A stretch of 64,000 bases of DNA from a virus, in IMG/VR virus record IMGVR_UViG_3300017917_000733, positions 1-64,000 of that record. One strand, 5' to 3'. Shown piece after piece: positions 8,680 through 18,101 of the stretch. How positions within the stretch are numbered: the stretch's first letter is position 1; every line of letters begins with the position of its first letter. Position numbers and translations under genes: made by a program. The notes under the pieces were generated by a model. It was not told the origin of the DNA, did no database searches, and was given only the letters and a program-made list of their open reading frames with translations.

Positions 8680-9030
8680 CCGCTTTGAAGCCATGGTAGT
8701 GCTATTCAGCACCACCAATGGTTAAGGGTACACTTGCCATGCCCGTCATCCATAGTCACTTATGCCCGTACTGTCGCCGTCTTTGCTGACACAATACGCT
8801 ACCGGTTGCTCTGTAAAGTTTATGGCCTGTAGTGTAGCCATGTATTCTCTAAGTAATACACGCTACCGCAACGCACATTCTATAACATCAAAGTGAAATA
8901 GTTATAGACTTGTTGAGTGTTCGCTTTGTCGATTGCACTCTCGGTATTCCAAGACTCTCACGAATCTCGCATACTCCAGATCCATCGGCGTTATTCACGC
9001 TTCTTCAAGGAGGTCCTGCAGCCAGGACGA
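8680..9030 (-). ncRNA. Candidate large structured non-coding RNA, family not recognised
   Basis: ORF-free, GC-richer than its flanks, at least 7 stems. Mismatches resolve to G-U wobbles on the minus strand; GUGA tetraloop; possible long-range closing helix TTGAAG/CTTCAA. Confidence 0.6.
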
Positions 9031-9048
9031 CAAATTTTTACTTTAAAA

Positions 9049-9600
9049 TTAGGTATTAATAGTTAGGGAATTTTCTGGTGTTGACATGGTGTCTGTTGTT
9101 GAATATGTTTTTAATAATTCAGTGTTGAGTTGAAAGAAACTGTCAAATTCGAAAATTATCCAGTCTCCGTATTTTTTTGAAGTGTAATATAAGAAATTAT
9201 CAGATACCCACGTTAATTTGCTTTGTACACAAACATAACGACCTTTGCGATTAAATTTCATAAACAATATGTTTACGTCATTAGGATCAGCAACATCTAA
9301 CAATTGATCTAGCCAACCGTCTAAAACTTTACATTCCCCTGTAAGTAATAGATGAAACGGGAAGTCTGCATAGAACTTGCATTCGATATTCATGTTTTTG
9401 AATGAATGTCCGGGAACAACATCGCCCTTGAATGAACGAATCTGCCCCTCATGCAATATTTCTTTGCGTACTTGATTCTTCCCGCCCACATAAGCTCCAG
9501 ATCCTGGTGCACGAATGAAAGACTCACCGTATTTTTCTGATAAAAATTTAGCTATTTCTCGTTCGTAACCCGAACCTTTTTGTTTCTGTGGACTTGGCAT
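9049..9600 (-). CDS. Holliday junction resolvase-like PD-(D/E)XK nuclease (Hjc type)
   Basis: KQKGSGYEREIAKFL, RAPGSGA, GDVV and IECK motifs. Start moved to 9600 because ATAAGTA lies at 9606-9612. Confidence 0.75.
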   Translation of the reverse strand: MPSPQKQKGSGYEREIAKFLSEKYGESFIRAPGSGAYVGGKNQVRKEILHEGQIRSFKGDVVPGHSFKNMNIECKFYADFPFHLLLTGECKVLDGWLDQLLDVADPNDVNILFMKFNRKGRYVCVQSKLTWVSDNFLYYTSKKYGDWIIFEFDSFFQLNTELLKTYSTTDTMSTPENSLTINT

Positions 9601-9635
9601 AATCATACTTATTACCTGTAGAGGAAAATCTAAAA

Positions 9636-11708
9636 TTATTCTACGTCTACCGCAGTATTATAACTTGTAAAGCCGTTTTCCTTAATGACTTTTAACACAC
9701 TAGGAACACGACCTGCAAGTTCTTCACGGTGTGATACAAGCCAAATAGATTTATGTCTACGCCGGCTCATGTCTTTGAGAATTGCTAGACTATTCTCAAC
9801 ACCCATTGTGTCAAGACCACTGTCAATCAATTCGTCAATGAATAGTGTATTGACTGGAGCATACAAGTTCTCCCAAACATCACGGAAAGCAAAACTCAAA
9901 CCAAGAATCAGTCTGTTTCGTTCACCACGACTTAAATTGTCAAAGTCAAGCTCACGACCAAGTTCAGTGATTTCAACTTGAAGGTCATTCTTAAAGATAA
10001 CATTGTGGGGAAGTCCGATTTTATCTAAGTAATGAGTTAGTCGCTGGTTGAGATAACTCAAGTTCTGGTCAATAATCTTTTTACGAACAAAACTGTCTTT
10101 GCTGGTCAATAAGTCTAGCAAGAACTTTTGATGTTCCATAGTCTTAGTGATTTCGTTAATCTTATCAAACTTTACTTCCTGCAATGCTTGACTTTCCATT
10201 TCAATAATTTGTTCTTGATATGGATCAGTTTCTCCCGCTTTGCTTTCAATCTGTAATAATAACGTCGATACCTTTGTACGATGCTCAACTGCTTGGGCTT
10301 CGGTATCATAATAAGTAGATGGACGCTTACCGAGAGTAACGCTAGGTGTGTCAAGAAGTTGTTCACTAAAGGGGTTATTCTCGCTGGATTTCTCGTCAAT
10401 CTGCTTTCTGATGTTATCAATTTCCGTTGATTGACGCACTGCCTCGGCTTCTGTCTTATAATGTGTAACAGGTTTGTCTCCTACAACAATAGGGTTAGCA
10501 ACTAATTCATCAAGTTGGAACTTTAAATCATCTAAATGACTCTTGCTAGCATTCCACAACTCAACTTTGCCATTCAAAACATTAGTGTGCTGTTCGTCAT
10601 GGAAATCTTGTCCACATGCATAACACTTGTGTTCTTTTAATGTTTCAATTTCTTGTGTGAGTTTGTCATAGTTCTTGCCTTCTTTAGCAATCTCTTTACG
10701 CAAACTTTCAACTTTACCATCATATGCTGTCTTTAGTTGAACTTGACTGTTGTAAACAGCTAGATCGGTATGAGCCTGCAATTCAGCAATAAAATCAATA
10801 TGGCTTAATTCATCCATTCTTAATTTAAGTTTTGCAATATCATTATCTTGCTTTTGCATCCAAGCAGTTTGGCGTGCAATTAATGCATCATATGTTTCTT
10901 GTTGTTGTTTTTGTTGATTCCAAACAACCAAGTCTTTGTGTGCTTGTAACTCAGCATCAATATCAATTTTGCTCAATTCATCATATTCAGATACAAGTGT
11001 AGCCAAATCTTCATCGTGCTTGCGCTGCCAAAGTGTTTGTCTACGCTTAACGCTATCAATTTGTTCTTTGACTCTTTTGTTGGCTTCTTCAACAGCCTTG
11101 ATACGAAATTCTTCCTGTTGTATATCGTCTTTACTTTGACGAATCAAATCTTTGACAACTTCTGCTTTCTCAGACAACAATGTGATACCCAATAGCTGTT
11201 CAATGATTTCACGCTGTTCATTATTTTTGAGTGCAAGGAACGGTTCGGAGTAAGTGTTCAACACAACAATGTGCTTGAACATTTCAGGAGTCATATTCAA
11301 CACACGCTCAATTGCAGCCTGTGTTTCTTTATTCTCACCCTGTTGATCCTCAGTAGCCTTTTGCTGAACATCGTTTACATAGAACTTGAGAACATTGGGC
11401 TTACGACCACGCTCAATCTTATAATCAGTACCGTTGACATTGAACTCAAGTGTAACCATCATACCTTTAGCATTGGTACGATTGACTAGGTTATCTTTAC
11501 GAATGTTATTGATTGGCTGACCAAACAGTGCATAAGAAAGACCTTGAATCAATGTGGTCTTGCCCGTACCATTACGAGCACCGTCGCCACCTAAGTCTAA
11601 GTTTTCACCTAGAATCAGTGTAATATCTTTTTTGTCAAAGTCAACTGCTTGTGTTACATTACCGATTGATAGAAAATTCCGTAGTGTAATATTCTTAATG
11701 TTAATCAT
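9636..11708 (-). CDS. gp46: Recombination endonuclease ATPase subunit (gp46/SbcC/Rad50-like)
   Basis: Walker A NGTGKTT, zinc hook CYAC, signature LSRGE, Walker B FIDELID, H-loop VSH. Confidence 0.95.
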   Translation of the reverse strand: MINIKNITLRNFLSIGNVTQAVDFDKKDITLILGENLDLGGDGARNGTGKTTLIQGLSYALFGQPINNIRKDNLVNRTNAKGMMVTLEFNVNGTDYKIERGRKPNVLKFYVNDVQQKATEDQQGENKETQAAIERVLNMTPEMFKHIVVLNTYSEPFLALKNNEQREIIEQLLGITLLSEKAEVVKDLIRQSKDDIQQEEFRIKAVEEANKRVKEQIDSVKRRQTLWQRKHDEDLATLVSEYDELSKIDIDAELQAHKDLVVWNQQKQQQETYDALIARQTAWMQKQDNDIAKLKLRMDELSHIDFIAELQAHTDLAVYNSQVQLKTAYDGKVESLRKEIAKEGKNYDKLTQEIETLKEHKCYACGQDFHDEQHTNVLNGKVELWNASKSHLDDLKFQLDELVANPIVVGDKPVTHYKTEAEAVRQSTEIDNIRKQIDEKSSENNPFSEQLLDTPSVTLGKRPSTYYDTEAQAVEHRTKVSTLLLQIESKAGETDPYQEQIIEMESQALQEVKFDKINEITKTMEHQKFLLDLLTSKDSFVRKKIIDQNLSYLNQRLTHYLDKIGLPHNVIFKNDLQVEITELGRELDFDNLSRGERNRLILGLSFAFRDVWENLYAPVNTLFIDELIDSGLDTMGVENSLAILKDMSRRRHKSIWLVSHREELAGRVPSVLKVIKENGFTSYNTAVDVE

Positions 11709-12721
11709 AGGTTGTTATAGATATCCAAAAGTAGTTTTTTATCGAAATTTTTACTTTCGATAGCATTGATTTGGTCAATGACGATTTGGTCAACAGACTC
11801 AAACTTTAATCCGTCACTGTTCTGACCTTGCTCAATACCCTCACCTTTGATAGGAATCAATGTCATTTCTCTTAGTTTATGTTCTGGTATAAATGTTTCA
11901 CGTAGGAAGTTTGCTTCCTCATACGAAATATCAATATCAAGATGTACTCTAACATGACTGTCAATTAAAAGATAGCCCTCTGGGTTCTCTAAGATTTCAC
12001 TGAGTTTATGCACACGATAGATTGGTTGACGAGGCCAGGACTTGAAAGTAGGCTCTTGACCCCATTCTAGTATCATCATACCTCGTGCATCATCACCTGC
12101 GTCTGCGTAGTTATGTGGGAAAGCATTACCTGTATACCAGACATTGCCCTTTGCTTGACGCTTGTGAAAATGACCACTGAATACTTTTTCAAAGCCAGTC
12201 ATATGTGCAACATTTAATTCACCGTGATCTGGCATTTCAACCATAGCATTCATAAAGAAGTTAGGCAGTTCGAAATGACCGAACAAATACTTTCCGCCCA
12301 TCTTTTGAAGTTTCTTGTAATCTTCTCCAACTAACCAAGGGCTAATAACTACATCACCTTCTTTGAAAAAATCATTAACAACTTTAACATTTGGTAAATG
12401 CTTTGCCCATTCAACACTGTGAATATCACGGCGGTCACGATAGTATAAATCGTGATTGCCAGGAATAAAGTATACAGTATCGAAATTAGCATTTAGTTTC
12501 TCCAGTGCTTGTAGACCAAATTGCAATGTGTGAATATTGATACTTGCACGATGATGATTCCAATCACCTAAAAAGAAACAGGTTTCACAACCTTCTTTCT
12601 TTGCTGTTTCAATAAACCAATCTACGAAATTGGCACAATCTTGGTTATGTTGTAGGCTGTTTGACTTCAATCCAAAATGAATATCTGTGAATACAGCAGC
12701 TTTTTTAAAAAGGTTACTCAT
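11705..12721 (-). CDS. gp47: Recombination endonuclease nuclease subunit (gp47/SbcD/Mre11-like)
   Basis: Metallophosphoesterase motifs DIHFG, GDW, GNHD, GHFE and SGHFH. Confidence 0.95.
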   Translation of the reverse strand: MSNLFKKAAVFTDIHFGLKSNSLQHNQDCANFVDWFIETAKKEGCETCFFLGDWNHHRASINIHTLQFGLQALEKLNANFDTVYFIPGNHDLYYRDRRDIHSVEWAKHLPNVKVVNDFFKEGDVVISPWLVGEDYKKLQKMGGKYLFGHFELPNFFMNAMVEMPDHGELNVAHMTGFEKVFSGHFHKRQAKGNVWYTGNAFPHNYADAGDDARGMMILEWGQEPTFKSWPRQPIYRVHKLSEILENPEGYLLIDSHVRVHLDIDISYEEANFLRETFIPEHKLREMTLIPIKGEGIEQGQNSDGLKFESVDQIVIDQINAIESKNFDKKLLLDIYNNL

Positions 12722-12727
12722 TCGGCT

Positions 12728-12757
12728 ATTATAATGAAAACAGAGTTACTAATGCAA
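12728..12757 (-). promoter_or_regulatory. Sigma70-like promoter for gp47-gp46
   Basis: TTGCAT-18 nt-TATAAT, ending 6 nt before the ATG at 12721. Confidence 0.6.
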
Positions 12758-12771
12758 CTTTGTTGGTTAAA

Positions 12772-13671
12772 TTATTCTTCGTATGACCCAGAACCTATAC
12801 CCTGTCGTGACCAACTTGGGTTAAGTCCATTGATTTCTAAAATGTCATCACGTATGTTTTGGCTACGCTTTTCCGTATTCAAAACACGACAGAAACTGTT
12901 TGTTATCGCAGCAGTGTAATACGCAAATGGGTTAGCTGATTTAGCTTCGTTGAATCGCAAACCAACATATGTTAATTGAAGAACTGCACTAGCTTTCATT
13001 TCATCAACATATGTATAACCACGCCAGTTGAACTTCATAGCATACTTGTCGCAAAGCATGAGATACATTTTGGCTAGCTTATTTGTAATCTTTCCATGCT
13101 CCTTGTTAAAAGTACCTGTTTCCAAATCTCCATCCCAATGACTTTTACCTACACAATATAGTGTACCGTTTTCGTCAATTTTATAATGTTGGAAAGGAGG
13201 GAAGTTAACCTTGACATGAACCATATCATCAACCTCATCTTTAGTTGTGGTATCTTCTAGGTCAGCAAAAATCTCGTCTACATCTGGTTCATCAAACTCA
13301 AAGATATCTTTTGCTGTTTTCTTTTTGACAGTTTTGCGGGGTTGTTTTGGGGCTACGGGAATATGATCCCAAGTCATTACACGAAATACTAAGTCTGTAG
13401 TTGGAATCTTTTTTGGATCTACTTTCTCACCCGTTTCTATGCTTAATCTTGCTGCTCTGACTTCTTTTGCTTCTTTGATTACAGAACTTTTTGCCGCTTG
13501 TTTTAAGCTACTTTCTATAGGATCATGCGGCATGTCTATAATCAAATCATACCTGTGATATTCAGGTTTAGTGAAATAACAATATGAATTTTTGCTTTCG
13601 TGTATTTCTTTAAGAATGTCTTTATTGTTTAGATAATTTACTGGTTTTTTGGGGGTAGGTAATAAACTCAT
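12772..13671 (-). CDS. gp55: Late transcription sigma factor, T4 gp55-like
   Basis: NYLNNKDIL, NWRGYTYVDEM, and RFNEAKSANPFAYYTAAITNSF motifs; adjacent to gp47/gp46; GGAG RBS. Confidence 0.88.
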   Translation of the reverse strand: MSLLPTPKKPVNYLNNKDILKEIHESKNSYCYFTKPEYHRYDLIIDMPHDPIESSLKQAAKSSVIKEAKEVRAARLSIETGEKVDPKKIPTTDLVFRVMTWDHIPVAPKQPRKTVKKKTAKDIFEFDEPDVDEIFADLEDTTTKDEVDDMVHVKVNFPPFQHYKIDENGTLYCVGKSHWDGDLETGTFNKEHGKITNKLAKMYLMLCDKYAMKFNWRGYTYVDEMKASAVLQLTYVGLRFNEAKSANPFAYYTAAITNSFCRVLNTEKRSQNIRDDILEINGLNPSWSRQGIGSGSYEE

Positions 13672-13696
13672 AGTTCTCCGTAGTTGTGTTGAGAAT

Positions 13697-13725
13697 ATTT
13701 TAATACTTTTGTATTAAAAATGCAA
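13697..13725 (-). promoter_or_regulatory. Sigma70-like promoter for gp55 overlapped by a 9-bp inverted repeat
   Basis: TTGCAT-17 nt-TAAAAT; TTTTAATAC-tttt-GTATTAAAA at 13698-13719. Confidence 0.55.
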
Positions 13726-13758
13726 GTGGTTCGGTAAAAAGTGATGGATTTTATAGCG

Positions 13759-13772
13759 ATAAATATATTTAG
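13759..13772. promoter_or_regulatory. Abutting late-promoter-like motifs on both strands
   Basis: ATAAATA (+, 13759-13765) and CTAAATA (-, 13766-13772); palindrome TAAATATATTTA. Confidence 0.55.
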
Positions 13773-13788
13773 CAAAGGTATAAACTCT

Positions 13789-15192
13789 ATGGCATTGGCA
13801 AACATTGATACTCTACTAGCTGAGATAGCTAGAATTAAAGAACAGATACGTTGGAGAGAGGCCAGCCTTGCCAACGTTAATCCTAATTATAAAGATAACC
13901 AAGCCTACATACAAAGATTACAAGGTGAAATTGCCTCACTTAAAGCTGATTTAGCAACACAAGAAACTGCGCTAGCATCAGCATCTACTCCTACCAAAGT
14001 TAAACCTACTAGAGCTAACACAGAAACTGCTGTTATTGCAACTCCTTATGATGATGACGGTAACTTAAATGCAGGCTGGAGAATAAATGAAGAAACAGGT
14101 GAACCTTATTATGTTGGCACAGACGTTCCAATATCTCAACCTGAAATAGATCCCGCAGAATCAGCAAGATTGGAAGCTGAACAAAGACTATTAGCACAAG
14201 AACAGCCGGATTACAATAAACCACCTGAAGTAGATCCAAATGAAGATCCAGTTGCCGCTTTAGATGAAGCAACTAGATTAGAAAGAGAACAAGAGTTATT
14301 TAGGCAGCAGTTAGCAGAACAAGAAGATCCTTTTGATGCAGGAAGTTTAAATAGACAGGGTATACCTAGCGCAACAAATAATGCCAGAGCACAAGCTAGT
14401 ACACAAGATGCTGTAAATTTCAGCCAGTTACCTGATTGGAGAGTTAGATTAGCACTCGCGCCAAATACTCCGAACATTTTATACAAAGCTGACCCGGCAG
14501 GCATATTACAACCGCTACAAGCAACAAATGGTGTTGTATTTCCATATACTCCGTCTGTACAAGTTAATTATTCCGCAAATTATGAACCATTTGATTTGGT
14601 TCATAACAACTATAAAGTTTATCAATATAAAAATAGCAGCGTAGAACAATTACAGATAACTTGTGATTTTACTGCACAAGATACAAAAGAAGCAACTTAT
14701 CTACTTGCGGTAATACATTTCTTTAGGTCAGTTACAAAAATGTTCTATGGAAAAGATCAGAACCCTAAAGCAGGAACACCCCCGCCGTTATGCTATCTTT
14801 ATGGATTAGGTGATTTTCAGTTCAACGCACATCCATTATTGATTAACAGTTTTAATTATTCTTTACCCAACAATGTTGACTATATACGAGCAGGTTCACC
14901 AACTTTAGTACCGGGTCAATCTCCTGCAGGGTATAGTAACCCTAACAATTCACAAACAGTATCAGGTGTAAGAATGAACAGTAATGGATTAAGCGCGGGT
15001 GCAAACACACCACCGCCAGTATTCTCACAACCGACTAACAAAGAGCCTACGTATGTACCAACAAAAATGCAAATAACTATATCAGCAATTCCAATTGTAA
15101 CTAGAAATGATATCAGTAACAGATTTAGTCTGCGCGATTATGCAACAGGTGGATTATTGTTAGGTAAAACTAGCAAGGGAGGAATTTGGTAA
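13789..15192 (+). CDS. Baseplate/tail-tube initiator-like protein (gp48/gp54-like fold) with N-terminal extension
   Basis: C-terminal half has GVVFPYTP, HFFRSVTKMFYG, GTPPPLCYLYGLG and FNYSLPNNVDY. Start set at ATG 13789, downstream of the late motif (track gives 13741). Confidence 0.6.
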   Translation: MALANIDTLLAEIARIKEQIRWREASLANVNPNYKDNQAYIQRLQGEIASLKADLATQETALASASTPTKVKPTRANTETAVIATPYDDDGNLNAGWRINEETGEPYYVGTDVPISQPEIDPAESARLEAEQRLLAQEQPDYNKPPEVDPNEDPVAALDEATRLEREQELFRQQLAEQEDPFDAGSLNRQGIPSATNNARAQASTQDAVNFSQLPDWRVRLALAPNTPNILYKADPAGILQPLQATNGVVFPYTPSVQVNYSANYEPFDLVHNNYKVYQYKNSSVEQLQITCDFTAQDTKEATYLLAVIHFFRSVTKMFYGKDQNPKAGTPPPLCYLYGLGDFQFNAHPLLINSFNYSLPNNVDYIRAGSPTLVPGQSPAGYSNPNNSQTVSGVRMNSNGLSAGANTPPPVFSQPTNKEPTYVPTKMQITISAIPIVTRNDISNRFSLRDYATGGLLLGKTSKGGIW

Positions 15193-15503
15193 TGGCTAGC
15201 AACGATTTATATCCAAGCACAAGTCCGTATTACAATACGGATATTGTAAATGCAAAATTTTTAGATGTTATGATGAATAGAGCCATTGTAAAAGATCCTA
15301 CAGATAGATATTGGATTATCACATCGGCATATGAATATCGTCCTGACTTATTAGCATATGATTTGTATTCAGATTCAAGATTATGGTGGGTATTTGCCCA
15401 ACGAAACCCAAATACATTAAAAGACCCGTTATTCAGTTTTACTGAGGGTACTGGTATATACTTACCTAAAAACGAAATGCTTAGACAGGTGTTAGGAATC
15501 TAA
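15192..15503 (+). CDS. Baseplate wedge protein, gp53-like (LysM-type)
   Basis: YEYRPDLLAYDLYSDSRLWWVFAQRN motif; TAATG coupling with the upstream gene. Confidence 0.8.
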   Translation: MASNDLYPSTSPYYNTDIVNAKFLDVMMNRAIVKDPTDRYWIITSAYEYRPDLLAYDLYSDSRLWWVFAQRNPNTLKDPLFSFTEGTGIYLPKNEMLRQVLGI

Positions 15504-18089
15504 ATGGCTGATACAACACAAACAGGTCAACAAAATAGTCAGTACATTGCTGGTGGAGGATCAAATGACGATAACCCCACAGTACAAAAGTTCGATGACG
15601 GGTCTAACGTACAAACATTCGATGACGGGTCTACACTAGTAACTGGCAGTGATGGAAAAGTAATATCAACCAGTGCAACATCATTTAATGTATTGGGTAC
15701 AACGGCCCCGACGGCAGCACAAGAATTACCAGGTAAAAGAACTTATAACCCATTAAGTGTTTTTAGTAGTTACAACTACCAATTAACACTGTACATGATT
15801 ACACCCGATGCATACGATGCATTTATGAATTCAGATAGAAAAAATATAAATGCCTTTGTTCAAGGTAATGCGGGTAATGTAGATCAGGGTACTGGCGGAG
15901 CATACATTGTAGCACAAAGCGGAGGCTTAGGAACTGATATTCCAAGAGCACCTGGTATGCCGTATGATTACTATATTGATAACTTAAAAATCACTTCAAT
16001 CGTAAACACAAAATCAGCAAGCACCGCAACCAATTCAACTAAAATATCTTTTAACATATATGAACCATATGGATTTTCATTCATATCTCAACTAACGAAT
16101 GCCTCAAACACTCTAATTCAAACTAGTAGATTAAAGAATATAAGTGAAGTAAAAAACGCAACTAGACAGTTTTTTATATTAGGTATTAAATTTTTGGGTT
16201 ATGACAAAGAAGGCAAAGTTATTACAGGACCTGAATTAGCACAATTAACTGGAGGCAGTACGTTTGAATTCTTTTACGACATTAAGATTAATAGTTTAAA
16301 ATTTAAACTTGACGGTAAATTAACAACATATGAAATTACTGCGGCATCACTTCCTACACAAACAGCATTTGGAACAGCTAGAGGTAGACTGAATACAGGT
16401 GTTGAAATATCAGGAAAAACCGTTGAAGAAACGTTAACAGCATTAGAAAATAAGTTAAATGTTCAACAGGAAGAAATTACTAAAACTTCTTCAGGACAAA
16501 ACAACCAAACAGTTAAAACAAAAAACATTTATAGAATTAAATATTTAGGTGACGTAGAAGATTTAAAAAAAGCTGAAACAGTTACTGACGCTGATAAAAA
16601 AGATAAATCAAAATGGCCAATGAGTCCTGTTGCAAAAACAGTACAAGCTAATGATGGATATGCAGTAAAAGCTAATCCTGATAATACTAAGAGAACATTT
16701 AGTTTTGGTAAGTCTATAACCATAATGCAGGCAATTAATTCTATAATTGCTCAAAGTACATATCTATCTGACGCATTAAAGGTTATTCAAAGTGCTGAAG
16801 TTGATAGCATGGCGGGGCCAAACGACACAATACCTAATCCAGCACCTACAAAAACACTTAGATGGTATAATTTATCAGCTAGCGTAAAATGTTTAGATTT
16901 TGATACATCTATAGGTGATTTTGTTTATGAAATTACATACTATATTCAACCATACGAAATACCATACATACAAACACCTTATGTTGATAAAACAGCAAGA
17001 TATTATGGTCCACACAAACGTTATGAATATTATTATACAGGTCAAAATAGCGAAATTATAAGTTACGAGCAAACATTGAATAACGCTTACTTTATGGCAG
17101 CAATAATACCTACAGGTAATGAGTTGTCGCAAGGTGGTCCTACAGATCAACCAACTATACCAATGGGAGAACAAAATCAGGATAAAACTGGTGGCAAGAA
17201 CACTAAAATGCAAACGCAGAATACAGTTCAAACTAGTTTGTATGATCCTTCATCATATGCTCATGCAAAAATAACTATTTTAGGAGATCCTGACTTTCTA
17301 ATGCAGGATTCACCGTCATCAGCAAATCAAATTTATAAACAATATTATGGAAGCAATGGCTACACTGTTAATCCTAATGGTGGACAGGTTTTTATCGAAA
17401 TTGATTTCAAAGAGGGTGTCGATTACAGCAATGATACTGGATTGATGACCATTAATGAGAGCATACAGTTTTGGAAGTACTCCCCTGAAATAGCTAGCAA
17501 GGTTAAAGGTGTTAGTTACATGTTAGTGACAGTAGATAGTGTGTTTTCTAATGGAAAATTTACACAAGTATTGAATGCCAAAATAACTACTTTCCCTGAT
17601 GACAAGAAAAATAATCAAAGTTCAACAAGAGAACTTAGTCCCACAACCGCAACTAATGCTAGAACAAGTTTTGCAGCTACTGACCCAAGACGCTTGGATC
17701 TCAGAACACCAACAACAGATGTTAGAACACCTACAAATAACGTGCCTGTTGCAACACCTAACTCAAATCAAACTACGTTGGGATCTGGATTTAAACAAGA
17801 TTCGGATATACCAGCAGGAACTAATTCGTCAAACAGTACAGCTCCTGATTATACAGATCCGTTTTGGCCTACGGGAGAAACACAATATACATCGCCAACT
17901 GGTGGCGGACCTGGTATAAGAGAAAACGTTGCGGGTGTAGCCCAAACTGCACCAGCTAATATAAATGTTGCGAACGATGATGCTATGGGCATTACAAATT
18001 CTTTACCAAATATTAAAAGAAGTATGCAACAGGCTGATGCAGGTAGAGAAACAGATAACCCTGACCAAACAGTAAGAAATATATCGTAA
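15504..18089 (+). CDS. Baseplate hub protein (gp27-like by position)
   Basis: 861 aa between gp53-like and gp5-like genes; EPYGFSF, ITILGDPDFL and VDSVFSNGKFTQVL segments typical of hub proteins. Confidence 0.55.
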   Translation: MADTTQTGQQNSQYIAGGGSNDDNPTVQKFDDGSNVQTFDDGSTLVTGSDGKVISTSATSFNVLGTTAPTAAQELPGKRTYNPLSVFSSYNYQLTLYMITPDAYDAFMNSDRKNINAFVQGNAGNVDQGTGGAYIVAQSGGLGTDIPRAPGMPYDYYIDNLKITSIVNTKSASTATNSTKISFNIYEPYGFSFISQLTNASNTLIQTSRLKNISEVKNATRQFFILGIKFLGYDKEGKVITGPELAQLTGGSTFEFFYDIKINSLKFKLDGKLTTYEITAASLPTQTAFGTARGRLNTGVEISGKTVEETLTALENKLNVQQEEITKTSSGQNNQTVKTKNIYRIKYLGDVEDLKKAETVTDADKKDKSKWPMSPVAKTVQANDGYAVKANPDNTKRTFSFGKSITIMQAINSIIAQSTYLSDALKVIQSAEVDSMAGPNDTIPNPAPTKTLRWYNLSASVKCLDFDTSIGDFVYEITYYIQPYEIPYIQTPYVDKTARYYGPHKRYEYYYTGQNSEIISYEQTLNNAYFMAAIIPTGNELSQGGPTDQPTIPMGEQNQDKTGGKNTKMQTQNTVQTSLYDPSSYAHAKITILGDPDFLMQDSPSSANQIYKQYYGSNGYTVNPNGGQVFIEIDFKEGVDYSNDTGLMTINESIQFWKYSPEIASKVKGVSYMLVTVDSVFSNGKFTQVLNAKITTFPDDKKNNQSSTRELSPTTATNARTSFAATDPRRLDLRTPTTDVRTPTNNVPVATPNSNQTTLGSGFKQDSDIPAGTNSSNSTAPDYTDPFWPTGETQYTSPTGGGPGIRENVAGVAQTAPANINVANDDAMGITNSLPNIKRSMQQADAGRETDNPDQTVRNIS
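15582..15633 (+). repeat. 27-nt tandem repeat, 2 copies (VQKFDDGSN/VQTFDDGST)
   Basis: GTACAAAAGTTCGATGACGGGTCTA / GTACAAACATTCGATGACGGGTCTA. Confidence 0.85.
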
Positions 18090-18101
18090 AGAGAATAGAA
18101 T

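Noticed and set aside
8520-9048. tRNA cluster, tmRNA, RNase P RNA, group I/II intron or CRISPR array in the long gap
   Set aside because: No cloverleaf or T-loop consensus, no tmRNA ends, no RNase P or intron core motifs recognised, no interrupted host gene and no repeat-spacer periodicity.
13741-13788. Track start at GTG 13741 (similarly 9606, 15186 and 49555)
   Set aside because: Downstream ATGs fit better with the promoter motif position or TAATG translational coupling.
13668-13874. 68-aa minus-strand ORF upstream of gp55
   Set aside because: It overlaps the plus-strand gene start and the promoter region and has no recognisable features.
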